A stretch of 64,000 nucleotides of DNA, from contig NW_013657632.1 of NCBI RefSeq assembly GCF_000142905.1, forward strand, positions 1 to 64,000, written 5' to 3'. Shown piece after piece: positions 23,328 to 33,339 of this stretch. The DNA comes from Thecamonas trahens ATCC 50062 (Eukaryota > Protista > Apusomonadida). The stretch's first letter is position 1; the number at the start of each line of letters is the position of its first letter. A program made the translations under genes and the position numbers. Under the pieces are notes generated by a model, which worked only from the letters and a program-made list of their open reading frames with translations, was not told the origin of the DNA and did not search any database.

Positions 23328-26300
23328 CTACGTTCTCCCGCCGGTAGTAGCGGCAAAGAGCTCGCGCTGGGAAAAGTGTTCCAGGGCGATGCCAGCGGGA
23401 GGCGTGGTCGGCGAGGCGGAGGCAGCCGAAGGAGGCTCGTCGGTTGATGCCACCGGCGCCGCGACAGGTGACGATGGCGGGCTCATCTCACTCCTGCTGT
23501 GGCTTGAGTCCGCCGGATGATCCACGCCGACACGCGCACCGGCGTCGAGTGCAGCGCGACCGTAGTCAAGGATCCAGGCACGCGATTCAGGCGAGGCATG
23601 AGTCCGGAGCGAGGAGATTCGATCGAGAGCTTCTACAAGAGGCGACGACAAGACGTGGGCATCGTGGTCCTGCCACAGCTTGTTACGTTCCATCTCGGCC
23701 TCGCTTGCCCGCCGCGAGACCGCCGCCAGCCGCTCCGCCACACTCGGCGCGAGTGCCTGCCACTCGCTTCGCAGCTGAGTTGCAGCCGGCGAGGTGAGCA
23801 CCTCGAGAAGAAGCTCGACCACGGTAAAGTCACCATGATCGAGGCTCGCCTGCGCGGTCGCCACCAGGCCGGCCAGCGCTTCGATGCGCTCACTCGAGGC
23901 GCCCGCGCCCAGCAGCCGCGTCGCCCATCGGCGGATTGCGTCGAGGACCCGAACCAGTGTCCGCGGCGCTTGTCCGCGCGAAACTGCCACCAGCGGTGTC
24001 TGCATCACAGCAAGCGCAACAAGGTCCCGCAGCTGCTCCGCCGTCGCCGCAGCATCCAGTGGCACGGCAGTTGGCAGCGGCCATGGGAGCTGATTGGCAC
24101 GCAGTTGCTGCCACCGCGCGAGCGAGTCGGCCACTGCCGCCTCGAGCACCGCGCCGTGGTAGTCAAGGTCTGTGATCGGCAGCACGTGGCGGATGAGATC
24201 GGAGACGAGCGCAAGGATCGCGCTTTCACCAAAGTCCTCAGTCATCGTCTCGGCCCAGGTGTGGATGAGATTCACAATGCGGATCCGGAACCCGCGGCGC
24301 TTGGCGGCGCTGAGCGCCACAACATCAGCGCTCGCGTCGGGCGCGCTCACCATCAGTGACACGGGGCCGGTGCAAAACTGGAGTAGCAAGTGCTGCAGGA
24401 TCGAGACCGCAGACTCTTGCTCGCGGAGCTGCAGCACAATGCCAACGTCAAAGATCCGCGCCACAAGGTCATCGTGTGCATCTTGCTCGCCCAGCGCTGC
24501 CGCAGACCCGGCATGCTCAAGCTCGGCTAGCAGCGGGCCAAACGCCCGCGGCAGCGGGAACCGGCCAAACTCGGCACGCCAAAGCGAGGTCTCCATCTCC
24601 AGCCGCTTGCGGTCAACCAGCACCACACGCACAAACGACCGCAGCTTGACTGAGTGCTCCGCTAGTACGTCCATTCGCGCCAGCATAGTCTCCAGTACTT
24701 CATATGCTCTCGCAAATTGCGGAAGCTCACGACGGAGCCCAGCAAAGTGGTCCTGCCGCTTGCTTGCTCCTCGAGCAAGGATCTCGACGGCCTGGGCATC
24801 ACTTTGCGCCGCCTGTGCCACTCCCGCTGCGTTCTGAGATGCCACACACTGCGCCGCAAGCTCATCGGTCAGCGACGTCACCGTCTGTTCCACAACAGCC
24901 AGCCCAAGCTCGCGGGTGGTCGCCCGAACAAGTCGCGCGCCGATCGCCAGCACCACAAGAAGGCCACCAAGCAGCGCCAAAGCGAGCCCGGCTTCCGACC
25001 GCACATAGTGCGAGACGTCCAGCGCAAGCTGGACAGTCACCACGGGCCGGACAAGCGCTCCAACTGCAGCTGAGCTTGAAGTCACCACGTCGGTGAGGAT
25101 GTCAAACAGATCGTCAGCTGCACTCGCGACGCCAACCCACTCCGTTCCGTCGATGGTGAGGCTGAGAACAGCGAGTGGCGAGTCGAGCAGCGCCAACGCT
25201 TCGCTCACCACCACCAGAGTCGCGTCCGAGAGCTCCCCCGCGGACGCGGTTGCTTTGAGCGTCGCCAGCGCCGACGCCAGCCCGCTCGCCGCATTGGGTG
25301 CAATTTCGTTGGCCGATGAAGGCACAAAGCCGAGACAGGCAAGCGCCAGGATGTAGAGGCCGACGCCTGCGGCGCTCCACACTGCAGTCATCCGCCGCAG
25401 CGCTTTCCAAAGCGGCACGCTGCTTACGTGCGGCAGTGCGACCGCGTGGCCCAGGTGGACGGCAAAGATGGCACGGACAGCGCGGGCGAGGAGCGGTGCC
25501 ATAACGATGCGGTGGGCCATAGCGGCGCGGCGCGCTGCTACGCCTGCTCGTGACGTGCTCGCCTCAGCCATCAGCTCGAGCACATTCGTTCCACCGGTCA
25601 CCACGTACGCCACGTCAAACGCCACGCCTACCAGACCCAGTACCTCCAGCACAAGCTGCGGGCCCACAAGCGAGCCGGACGAGACAGCAAGGCCAACATC
25701 GGCCCACAGAAGCAGCCAGGCGAGGATCTTGCCGACAGCGAGAACCCAGTGCAGCGCCCGGGTGCCTGACGTCGAGTTGGTCGCGACCAAGTTCCAAAAG
25801 TCGTCCACGACCAGAAGGTAGAGGAGCGCGACAACCGCAAGTCCAGCCAGCAGCATCGCTAGCGGACTCCCACCGCCGTTGCTGTGGGCTGCGAGCGGCG
25901 AGAGCAGGACTGGCGAAACGTCGAGACCCTGGCTGGTGGGCTTGTTCGTATCGTGGGCATCAGAGCCATCAGCATTCGACCCAACCGGCGGGTGAAGCGC
26001 AAGAAAGGCGTCAACCGCGCTCTCGTTCCAGTCCTGCTCAACTTCGGCTGATCCGTCGCGCGGAGGAGCGATTAGCTCGGCGGACGATCGCGGCGCCGAC
26101 GCCGGCTTGGGCGGTGGCGATGCCGAGGCTGGACCGACAGCCACCCGCGGAAGTGATCCAGGCTTGGGCGGCGAGCTCGTGTGTTCGTGGTGCCAGCGAT
26201 GGCCGGCGTGGATGCTTGCACGGCTTCCGCCTGCCGCCATCCCATCGGCTGCTGGAGCCGCAAGCGCCAGATCAAAGTTGGCGAGAACCTCAGCATAGCC

Positions 26301-26516
26301 TGCGCCGTCGAGGACTGACGCGATGCGCGTTTGCGGCGGAGAATGAACGCGTAGAGAAGAGGATGACGGCTCGACAGGCGCTCGGGCGTATGCTGGAAAT
26401 CGCTGGGCCTGGCGGGCTGACCGTGTGGCGGGGCGGGCCAGCAGCGGTGACGAGTGCGGGCCAAGCCGGGGGGTGGGGGTCCATTCGCCCGGCGCGAGGG
26501 ACGTGACCGAGTGCAT
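23328..26516 (-). CDS. Multi-pass membrane protein with ion-channel/voltage-sensor-like module, coiled coil and degenerate REM + CDC25 (RasGEF-like) domains
   Basis: About 6 hydrophobic segments (25860-24880) including an Arg-rich S4-like helix; RIRIVNLIHTWAETMTEDF (REM-like); GDFTVVELLLEVLTSPAATQLRSEWQAL (CDC25 NNF...RLKxTW-like). Confidence 0.65.
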   Translation of the reverse strand: MHSVTSLAPGEWTPTPRLGPHSSPLLARPATRSARQAQRFPAYARAPVEPSSSSLRVHSPPQTRIASVLDGAGYAEVLANFDLALAAPAADGMAAGGSRASIHAGHRWHHEHTSSPPKPGSLPRVAVGPASASPPPKPASAPRSSAELIAPPRDGSAEVEQDWNESAVDAFLALHPPVGSNADGSDAHDTNKPTSQGLDVSPVLLSPLAAHSNGGGSPLAMLLAGLAVVALLYLLVVDDFWNLVATNSTSGTRALHWVLAVGKILAWLLLWADVGLAVSSGSLVGPQLVLEVLGLVGVAFDVAYVVTGGTNVLELMAEASTSRAGVAARRAAMAHRIVMAPLLARAVRAIFAVHLGHAVALPHVSSVPLWKALRRMTAVWSAAGVGLYILALACLGFVPSSANEIAPNAASGLASALATLKATASAGELSDATLVVVSEALALLDSPLAVLSLTIDGTEWVGVASAADDLFDILTDVVTSSSAAVGALVRPVVTVQLALDVSHYVRSEAGLALALLGGLLVVLAIGARLVRATTRELGLAVVEQTVTSLTDELAAQCVASQNAAGVAQAAQSDAQAVEILARGASKRQDHFAGLRRELPQFARAYEVLETMLARMDVLAEHSVKLRSFVRVVLVDRKRLEMETSLWRAEFGRFPLPRAFGPLLAELEHAGSAAALGEQDAHDDLVARIFDVGIVLQLREQESAVSILQHLLLQFCTGPVSLMVSAPDASADVVALSAAKRRGFRIRIVNLIHTWAETMTEDFGESAILALVSDLIRHVLPITDLDYHGAVLEAAVADSLARWQQLRANQLPWPLPTAVPLDAAATAEQLRDLVALAVMQTPLVAVSRGQAPRTLVRVLDAIRRWATRLLGAGASSERIEALAGLVATAQASLDHGDFTVVELLLEVLTSPAATQLRSEWQALAPSVAERLAAVSRRASEAEMERNKLWQDHDAHVLSSPLVEALDRISSLRTHASPESRAWILDYGRAALDAGARVGVDHPADSSHSRSEMSPPSSPVAAPVASTDEPPSAASASPTTPPAGIALEHFSQRELFAATTGGRT

Positions 26517-26964
26517 GGCTGGTCCCGCCTGGTCTACCTTGCTGGTGGAGTGGTGCGAGCAGTGTGGTGTGGTGGGTGCAGGTGCCTGGCTCAGTAGCTC
26601 AGTAGCGCTGTGGGACGGAGTGGGGCACACGACAGCTGCCGTTGGGGAAAGATCACGGCAGACGGTGGTGAAGTTGCTGTGATGGTGTTTGATGAGGAGG
26701 ACTGGCTTGAGCCACCAAAACTACATTTCACAACCTTTTCCTAATATTTAACGCAACACAAAAAAAACGCGACCTTCTTGTGCACCTCCATGCGTGTACG
26801 GTACAACAGTGCCTGGCGAGGCATGGTGCTATCCACATGGCACTATCCCCCCACCTCGTGTCTATCCCTCTCCGATGTGCTCTTTCGGTGCCGCAGTCTG
26901 CCTCTCTATCCGAGCGCGCGTGCGTCGGAAAACGATCACACAGGTTGATCAAGCCAGCCATGCC

Positions 26965-27666
26965 CTACTCACGGTCACACGCACCAGACGAGCTCTCGGA
27001 CATAGGGATCGCACTACTCCCTTCAGAGCTCGTGCTGCTGCCCTCCGAGGTCGTCTGCTTCCGCGAGCTGCTGGTGTCGTTGGTGGCCATCGTCATGGGC
27101 ATGATGCCCGCGCTAGCAAGTTGCATCCTCAGCTCGCGAATGGTACTCTTCAGCTCGCGAATGGTGTCCGCAGCCTCCGTCGCCTGCTTCGCAATGGTGC
27201 TCGCCTGCTTCGCAATGGTGCTCTCCAAGTCCTTGATCTGCTTCGCCATCTCGTTCAGCAACACCTGGTTCGTCTCCGATTTGGATGCTGCCATGGCTCC
27301 TATCGAGTCAAGTATATCGCCACTTCCACCACCGCCGGCCCTCCGCCACTCGGCCCGTGCCACTCGCCGCAGCATGCGCTCCCCTACGCCGCGACGCGTC
27401 CGCCATCGCCGCCGTCGCCGCTCCAAGCCACGCCGCCGGCATCTGCATCCGCGTTGTTCGCCAGCCTTTCCCTCCTCGCCTTTCCCATCCAGCGCTGCCA
27501 GCTCTGCCTCCTCTCCCACGCCATCGGCCACCACCTCGAGCACTACCACCGCATCGTCGTCTTGCTTGCCGTCCTTGTTGGCCTGTCTCTCACAGCCATG
27601 GACATTGTTGTCGTCCGCCACCGCCTCCGACCTGTACCCCCGCCCCGGCCCTTCCACCGAGGTCAT
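26965..27666 (-). CDS. Orphan coiled-coil protein, copy 1 (real start may be MAASKSE at 27294)
   Basis: Open frame preserved in both copies; heptads STIAKQA/STIRELK; Ser-rich tail; possible acceptor (TTGAC...ATAG) just upstream of 27294. Confidence 0.5.
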   Translation of the reverse strand: MTSVEGPGRGYRSEAVADDNNVHGCERQANKDGKQDDDAVVVLEVVADGVGEEAELAALDGKGEEGKAGEQRGCRCRRRGLERRRRRWRTRRGVGERMLRRVARAEWRRAGGGGSGDILDSIGAMAASKSETNQVLLNEMAKQIKDLESTIAKQASTIAKQATEAADTIRELKSTIRELRMQLASAGIMPMTMATNDTSSSRKQTTSEGSSTSSEGSSAIPMSESSSGACDRE

Positions 27667-27707
27667 ACCCGCCCCCGCCAATAGAGTATGTAATGCGGAG
27701 AGGGGTG

Positions 27708-27739
<32 letters not shown>

Positions 27740-27804
27740 GGGTGACGCATAGTCGGTCAGGAACAAACGCCAGTATGCTGACCAGCACAGTGAAACAGGA
27801 TGGA

Positions 27805-27941
27805 GAGGGGATGGGGCTGGTGATGGAAGGGGCTGGTGGTGGCGATGGATGGGGGAGGGGCTGGTGGTGGTGTTCGATGGGGGAGGGGCTGGTGGTGGTG
27901 TTCGATGGGGGAGGGGCTGGTGATGGTGTTCGATGGGGAGG
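27805..27941. repeat. G-rich minisatellite (~28-bp unit GGGGGAGGGGCTGGTGGTGGTGTTCGAT, ~4 imperfect copies) at the duplication junction
   Basis: Unit visible directly; related sequence at 26679-26700 and 29085-29130. Confidence 0.8.
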
Positions 27942-28205
27942 CTGTGGCTTGAGCCACCAAAACAGCATTTCGCGACCTTTTCCTGGTGTTGGCGCAACGC
28001 GGAGGGAGGCGTGACCTTCTTGTGCAACTCCATGCATGTACGGTACAACAGTGCCTGGCGAGGCATGGTGCTATCCACATGGCACTGTCCCCCACCTCGT
28101 GTCTATCCCTCTCCGATGTGCTCTTTCGGTGCCGCAGTCTGCCTCTCCTTCCGAGCGCGCGTGCGTCGGAAAACGATCACACAGGTTGATCAAGCCAGCC
28201 ATGCC

Positions 28206-28937
28206 CTACTCACGGTCACACGCACCAGACGAGCTCTCGGACATAGGGATCGCACTACTCCCTTCAGAGCTCGTGCTGCTGCCCTCCGAGGTCGTCCGCT
28301 TCCGCGAGCTGCTGGTGTCGTTGGTGGCCATCGTCATGGGCATGATGCCCGCGCTAGCAAGTTGCACCGTCAGCTTGTGAATGGTGCTTTCCTGCTCGCG
28401 AATGATGTCCGCAGCCTCCGTCGCCTCCGTCGCCTGCTTCGCAATGGTGCTCGCCTGCTTCGCAATGGTGCTCGCCTGCTTCGCAATGGTGCTCTCCAAG
28501 GCATCGATCCGCTTAGTCAGCACCTTCAGCAACACCTGGTTCGTCTCCGATTTGGATGCTGCCATGGCTCCTATCGAGTCAAGTATATCGCCACTTCCAC
28601 CACCGCCGGCCCTCCGCCACTCGGCCCGTGCCACTCGCCGCAGCATGCGCTCCCCTACGCCGCGACGCGTCCGCCATCGCCGCCGTCGCCGCTCCAAGCC
28701 ACGCCGCCGGCATCTGCATCCGCGTTGTTCGCCAGCCTTTCCCTCCTCGCCTTTCCCATCCAGCGCTGCCAGCTCTGCCTCCTCTCCCACGCCATCGGCC
28801 ACCACCTCGAGCACTACCACCGCATCGTCGTCTTGCTTGCCGTCCTTGTTGGCATGTCTCTCACAGTCATGGACATTGTTGTCGTCCGCCACCGCCTCCG
28901 ACCTGTACCCCCGCCCCGGCCCTTCCACCGAGGTCAT
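28206..28937 (-). CDS. Orphan coiled-coil protein, copy 2 (real start may be 28565)
   Basis: Paralog of copy 1 with one extra 21-nt heptad and a 9-nt duplication; indels are multiples of three. Confidence 0.5.
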   Translation of the reverse strand: MTSVEGPGRGYRSEAVADDNNVHDCERHANKDGKQDDDAVVVLEVVADGVGEEAELAALDGKGEEGKAGEQRGCRCRRRGLERRRRRWRTRRGVGERMLRRVARAEWRRAGGGGSGDILDSIGAMAASKSETNQVLLKVLTKRIDALESTIAKQASTIAKQASTIAKQATEATEAADIIREQESTIHKLTVQLASAGIMPMTMATNDTSSSRKRTTSEGSSTSSEGSSAIPMSESSSGACDRE

Positions 28938-28979
28938 ACCCGCCCCCGCCAATAGAGTATGTAATGCAGGGCGGGTGAG

Positions 28980-29010
<31 letters not shown>

Positions 29011-29273
29011 TGTGGGTGGGTGGGTGAGGCGTGGTCGGTCAGGAACAAACGCCAGTATGCTGACCAGCACAGTGAAGCAGGATGGAGAGGGGAGGGGCTG
29101 GTGATGGTGATGGAACGGGGGAGGGGCTTGGCTGGCAGAGGGTTGGTTCTGTTTGATAAAGAGAACTAGGGAGAAAGAAAGAGAAAGAGAGAGAGGGAAG
29201 GGGGATAGAAAATAGGGAGGGTAAACTCGCTCATGCACGACTGCATCATCGTGCGACTGGGTCAGAATGAGCC

Positions 29274-32063
29274 TTAGGCCGAGTACGAGGCCGAGTACGA
29301 GGCTGAGCCGGAGCCCGAGTCGGAACCCGAGTCAGAGCCCGAGTTGGAGTCCATGCCATAGGCGCCCATGACAAAGTCCCAGCCAAAGCGGAGACCGGCG
29401 ACAAGGGCAAAGAAGTCTGCGACGGTGAGGCCATTCTCATCCACGTCAAACATCTCGGCAAACTCTTCAAGGCCGCCCTTGTCCATCTGCTTGATCTCCT
29501 TCTTGGTGAGGAAGTACTTGGCGATCTCCTTAACCTCGTCCTCGTCGAGGATGCCGTCTTCGTTGGCGTCAAAGGCGTCAAAGGCGTCGAGGAAGAGTGC
29601 GGCCTTGGGCAGAGCCAGGCCCGTCACATCCAGGTCCTCCTCGTCATCAAGGCCGGCCATAAAGGTGATGAACTCGGGCATGTCGAGCGTGCCGTCAGCG
29701 TCGACGTCAAACTTGTCGAATAGCTCGTTGACGTCGACGTCGTCGTCGTCAACAACGTCGTTCTCGTCGATGAACTCAAGCAGCTCTTCGCGCGAGACGC
29801 GGCCATCGCCGTCGGCGTCGGTGTCAAAGAACACGGCGGCGAGGAGGATGAGCTCAAAGTCGGTTTCGCGCAGCGTCTTGCCAGCCTTCTTCTTCTTCTT
29901 CTCCGACACCGAGTCGATGCTGGCCTTGACGTCAGCAAACGGGGCGGCCGACGCAGCCAACGAGTCGTCATCGGACGCATCCGACGAGACACTTGCCTTC
30001 TTGCCCTTGCCACCCTTCTTGCCGCCCTTCTTGCCCTTCTTGCCCTTCTTGCCCTTCTTGGCGTCTGCCGAGTCCTCCGACCCGGCCGAGGCAACAGCAG
30101 CGACCTTCTTGCCGCCCTTCTTGCCCTTCTTGCCCTTCTTGCCCTTCTTGGCGTCTGCCGAGTCCTCCGACCTGGCCGAGGCAACAGCAGCGGCCTTCTT
30201 GCCGCCCTTCTTGCCACCCTTCTTCTTGCCGCCCTTCTTGCCCTTCTTGGCGTCTGCCGAGTCCTCCGACCCGGCCGAGGCAACAGCAGCGACCTTCTTG
30301 CCGCCCTTCTTGCCGCCCTTCTTGCCCTTCTTGGCGTCTGCCGAGTCCTCCGACCTGGCCGAGGCAACAGCAGCGGCCTTCTTGCCGCCCTTCTTGCCAC
30401 CCTTCTTCTTGCCGCCCTTCTTGCCCTTCTTGGCGTCTGCCGAGTCCTCCGACCCGGCCGAGGCAACAGCAGCGGCCTTCTTGCCGCCCTTCTTGCCACC
30501 CTTCTTCTTGCCGCCCTTCTTGCCCTTGCCCTTGCTCTTACCCTTCTTGGCGTCAGCAGGTGCAATCGACTCAGCAACGTCCTCAGCATCCGAGGCCGAG
30601 AACCGAAGGCCGATGAGGATGAGAAGAAAGTCGACAAAGCGAAGAGCGTCGGCGTCAAACATCCAGCACGAGAACTCAAACATCGACTCAACGTCCTCAG
30701 CCGAGTTGAGATCGATCTTCTTCATCTCCTTGGGGGTAAAGAACAGGGAGAGCGCCTCCTTAAACTCGTCAAAATCGATGACCTTGTCGTCGTTGTTGTC
30801 AAAGACGGCAAGTACGTCGAGGATGAGGGCGGCCTTGGCGGTGTCAAGCTTCTTGGCCGACTTGGGAAAGTCGGACGCCACATCTGAGGTCACAAACCAC
30901 TCGACAAACTCACCCAGCGAGAGGTAGCCATCGTTGTCGAGGTCAAACTCGTCAAAGATCTCCTCGGCCCGGTCGTTGTCAATGTCAAACGCCGACTCGA
31001 GGTGCACAAACAGCTCGTCCTGCGAGATGCGGCCGTCCTCGTCGGTGTCTGCGGTAAAGAACGACGCAAATTGGGCAAGAATCGCAAGGTCGTCGACCTT
31101 GAGCTTCTTCGCCGCCTTTTTCTTGTCCTTGTCCGAAACAGTGTCCTTGAACGCCACCTTGGACGACTCGGACGACGCATCATTAGAGTACGACTCGCTG
31201 TATGATGCCGAGTACCCACCGCCCATCACACTGTGGTAGTTGGTCGACGAGACCAGGTTGCCCGCTGCCTCCTGCCCGAACCGGAAGTAGGTGTAGGCGA
31301 GGATAAAGGCCGGAAAGTCAAGGGTCACGTCGTCCGAGTCGAGCATGTCCTCGAAAAGCTCGTGCAGCTCTTCCTCGGTCACCGCCTTCTTGAGCTTCTT
31401 CGACGGCATCAGCGCGCGCATGGCGTCAAGAAACTCGGCCTCGTCGAGCGCGCCCGAGTCGTCGGCGTCAAACTGCTCGTACGCCCAGATGATCGCCTTC
31501 ATCTTCTTCTCATCGAGCGACGCGCCCTTGGGCACCAGCGCGTCCTCAAACTCCTCCCGCGACTGGATGAGGTTGAGGAACTCGCCCATGTCGAGCTTAC
31601 CGGACTCATCCTCATCAAACTCGAGCATCATGTCCGCTGCATCCTCCTCGTCTAGCCCCAGCGTCTCCGAAACCCACTGCTCCAGCTCGGACAGCTCGAT
31701 GAAGCCATCGCTGTTGGCGTCGGCCAGAAACAGGACGCCTGCCGAAAACAAAAGCCCGAGATCCTCCTCAGAGAGTAGCTATCGTCCCACAACCAGCCGG
31801 CAGCCGCCCCCACCGCCGTAGTCACCCATCGCAAAGATCGCGTCAGCCCAAGCCAATCCACCACAACATCAACAATGAGTACAAGCCAGTCCACCTCCCC
31901 CCCCCCCCCCCCCCCCCCAGCTGCCAGCTTCCAGCCGCTGCCCCAGCTAGCCCGCTTCTCCAGCTAGCCCGCTCCTCCTCCAGCTAGCCCCCCCCCCTCC
32001 CACACGCCACAAACAGTACGAAGGACATACCTTGGCAGCTTTGCTGATGTCCTTCTTTCCCAT
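29274..32063 (-). CDS. Multi-EF-hand calcium-binding protein: three calmodulin-like modules plus a Lys/Gly-rich repeat linker (exons 32063-32031, 31778-29274)
   Basis: EF loops DANSDGFIELSEL, DEDESGKLDMGEF, DADDSGALDEAEF, DTDEDGRISQDEL, DLDNDGYLSLGEF, DADGDGRVSREEL, DVDADGTLDMPEF, DANEDGILDEDEV; GTATGT...TAG intron in frame. Confidence 0.88.
29995..30550 (-). repeat. Coding tandem repeat (~90-100 bp unit, ~5-6 copies): KKGKKGGKK...AAAVASA(G/R)SEDSADA
   Basis: Repeated GCGTCTGCCGAGTCCTCCGACC blocks alternating with (TTCTTGCCC)n. Confidence 0.92.
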
Positions 32064-32187
32064 GGTTCTCAGTGCGTGTGAGTGTGGTGTCCTCGCTCTC
32101 CTGCTCCTGCCAGCTGGTCGCCTTTGTTCGTTGCTTGTTCCGGGAATGGCCGCAGTCTCCGGTCCAAACGTAGCAGAACCCATCGTT

Positions 32188-33339
32188 TTATTTTTTCAAT
32201 GCGCTCACCCGCTCACTCTTGATGCGCTTGGCGAGTATCACCCACGTGACATACTGCATCAACATCAACATACAGCTAGGAATATCGGTCAAAGATTGGT
32301 CTTTACGGTCGTACTGGGAACGAGGCGGTGCAACTCGGTTGTAGTAGATGACTCGCCCGGCCGCAAGGAGCGACTCGTCGACGCTGCCCTGGACAGGCGG
32401 AGGCGGTGGCGATCGTCCGAGGACAACCATGCCAAACAGAAGCACCGGCATCAGCGCCTCGAGCCCCAGGATGTAGCACAGCGTGGCCGGCAGCGAGTAC
32501 GGCATCGGCGACTTGCCATCCGCTGGCGGACACGTCGCCGGTAGCGCTGCGGGCGGCAGCTGCGCCGTGTAGCGGAGGCCGGTGACGAGTGAGACCGCGG
32601 CTCGCGTGGCGTACATGACGCTGATCCCGAGGCCCACCAGAATGACCTTGGTCCTCGGCGCAGTCAACCGCCGCCGAGTGAGCGACGTTACTGATCGCAC
32701 CAGCGCGGCCAGCCTCCACGCTACCAGGGGGAAGATCACCGCACCACCAAACGAGACGCCAGCATCAACGACAAGCACAGCTTCGATCGCCGACCGGCGG
32801 GAGATGCCCCACATCCCTGCCTTACCCTGGAGTGCAATGGCCAGTCCCAGCCCCATCACCCCTGCCAGCACAACATGGCCAACGCCGAGTGCCCACCACA
32901 GCCGGGTCCGAATGTGGACCACCACCCGCTTGGCCCGAACGATGGTCTGCTCGTGGACCGTTGCAAGAACCGCCATCAGCATAAATCCCGCCGCATTGTA
33001 CATAAAGCCCGGCATCAGTGCCGTGGCCAGCATCGTATTGCGCGTAGAGATGCATCCTTCCGCCACTACTTGGGCGAAGCGCTCCGGCCCGCCTCCCTCG
33101 CCCAGCATCGCGTCGCGATCGAGCCGCGCCATGCCGCGCAGTAGCAGCGCCCACCATGCGCTTCGGCACGTACAACCTGCAATCAGCAGTGCATAGAACG
33201 CACCGACCGCCGTGACCACCGATGTCGACTTGCGCAGAGCTAGCGAGAGCAGCGCCACCGTCAGGATCACTACGCCTGTGCCCGAGACAGTCGCACCGGC
33301 CACCGCTGCGCGTCGCCATGCTTCGACTGTAGCAGCCAT
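32188..33339 (-). CDS. 7-TM membrane protein, TOM1/THH1/GPR137-like
   Basis: Seven hydrophobic segments; MPGFMYNAAGFMLMAVLATVHEQ and CYILGLEALMPVLLF resemble the family TM3 and TM7 motifs. Confidence 0.55.
   Translation of the reverse strand: MAATVEAWRRAAVAGATVSGTGVVILTVALLSLALRKSTSVVTAVGAFYALLIAGCTCRSAWWALLLRGMARLDRDAMLGEGGGPERFAQVVAEGCISTRNTMLATALMPGFMYNAAGFMLMAVLATVHEQTIVRAKRVVVHIRTRLWWALGVGHVVLAGVMGLGLAIALQGKAGMWGISRRSAIEAVLVVDAGVSFGGAVIFPLVAWRLAALVRSVTSLTRRRLTAPRTKVILVGLGISVMYATRAAVSLVTGLRYTAQLPPAALPATCPPADGKSPMPYSLPATLCYILGLEALMPVLLFGMVVLGRSPPPPPVQGSVDESLLAAGRVIYYNRVAPPRSQYDRKDQSLTDIPSCMLMLMQYVTWVILAKRIKSERVSALKK

Larger units (their letters stand above)
26679..29115. repeat. Direct tandem duplication of ~1.2 kb (copy 1 ~26679-27827, copy 2 ~27920-29115)
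   Basis: Long near-identical stretches, e.g. 26790-27120 vs 28032-28362 and 27257-27695 vs 28528-28966. Confidence 0.95.

Noticed and set aside
26679-29115. Duplication as a transposon, LTR pair, or DGR template/variable repeat
   Set aside because: No RT or transposase, TIR or TSD in the window; clustered differences are G/A rather than A-to-N and lie outside the ORF.
29995-30550. Repeat array as CRISPR
   Set aside because: In-frame coding repeat with non-unique spacers in a eukaryotic gene; no cas genes.
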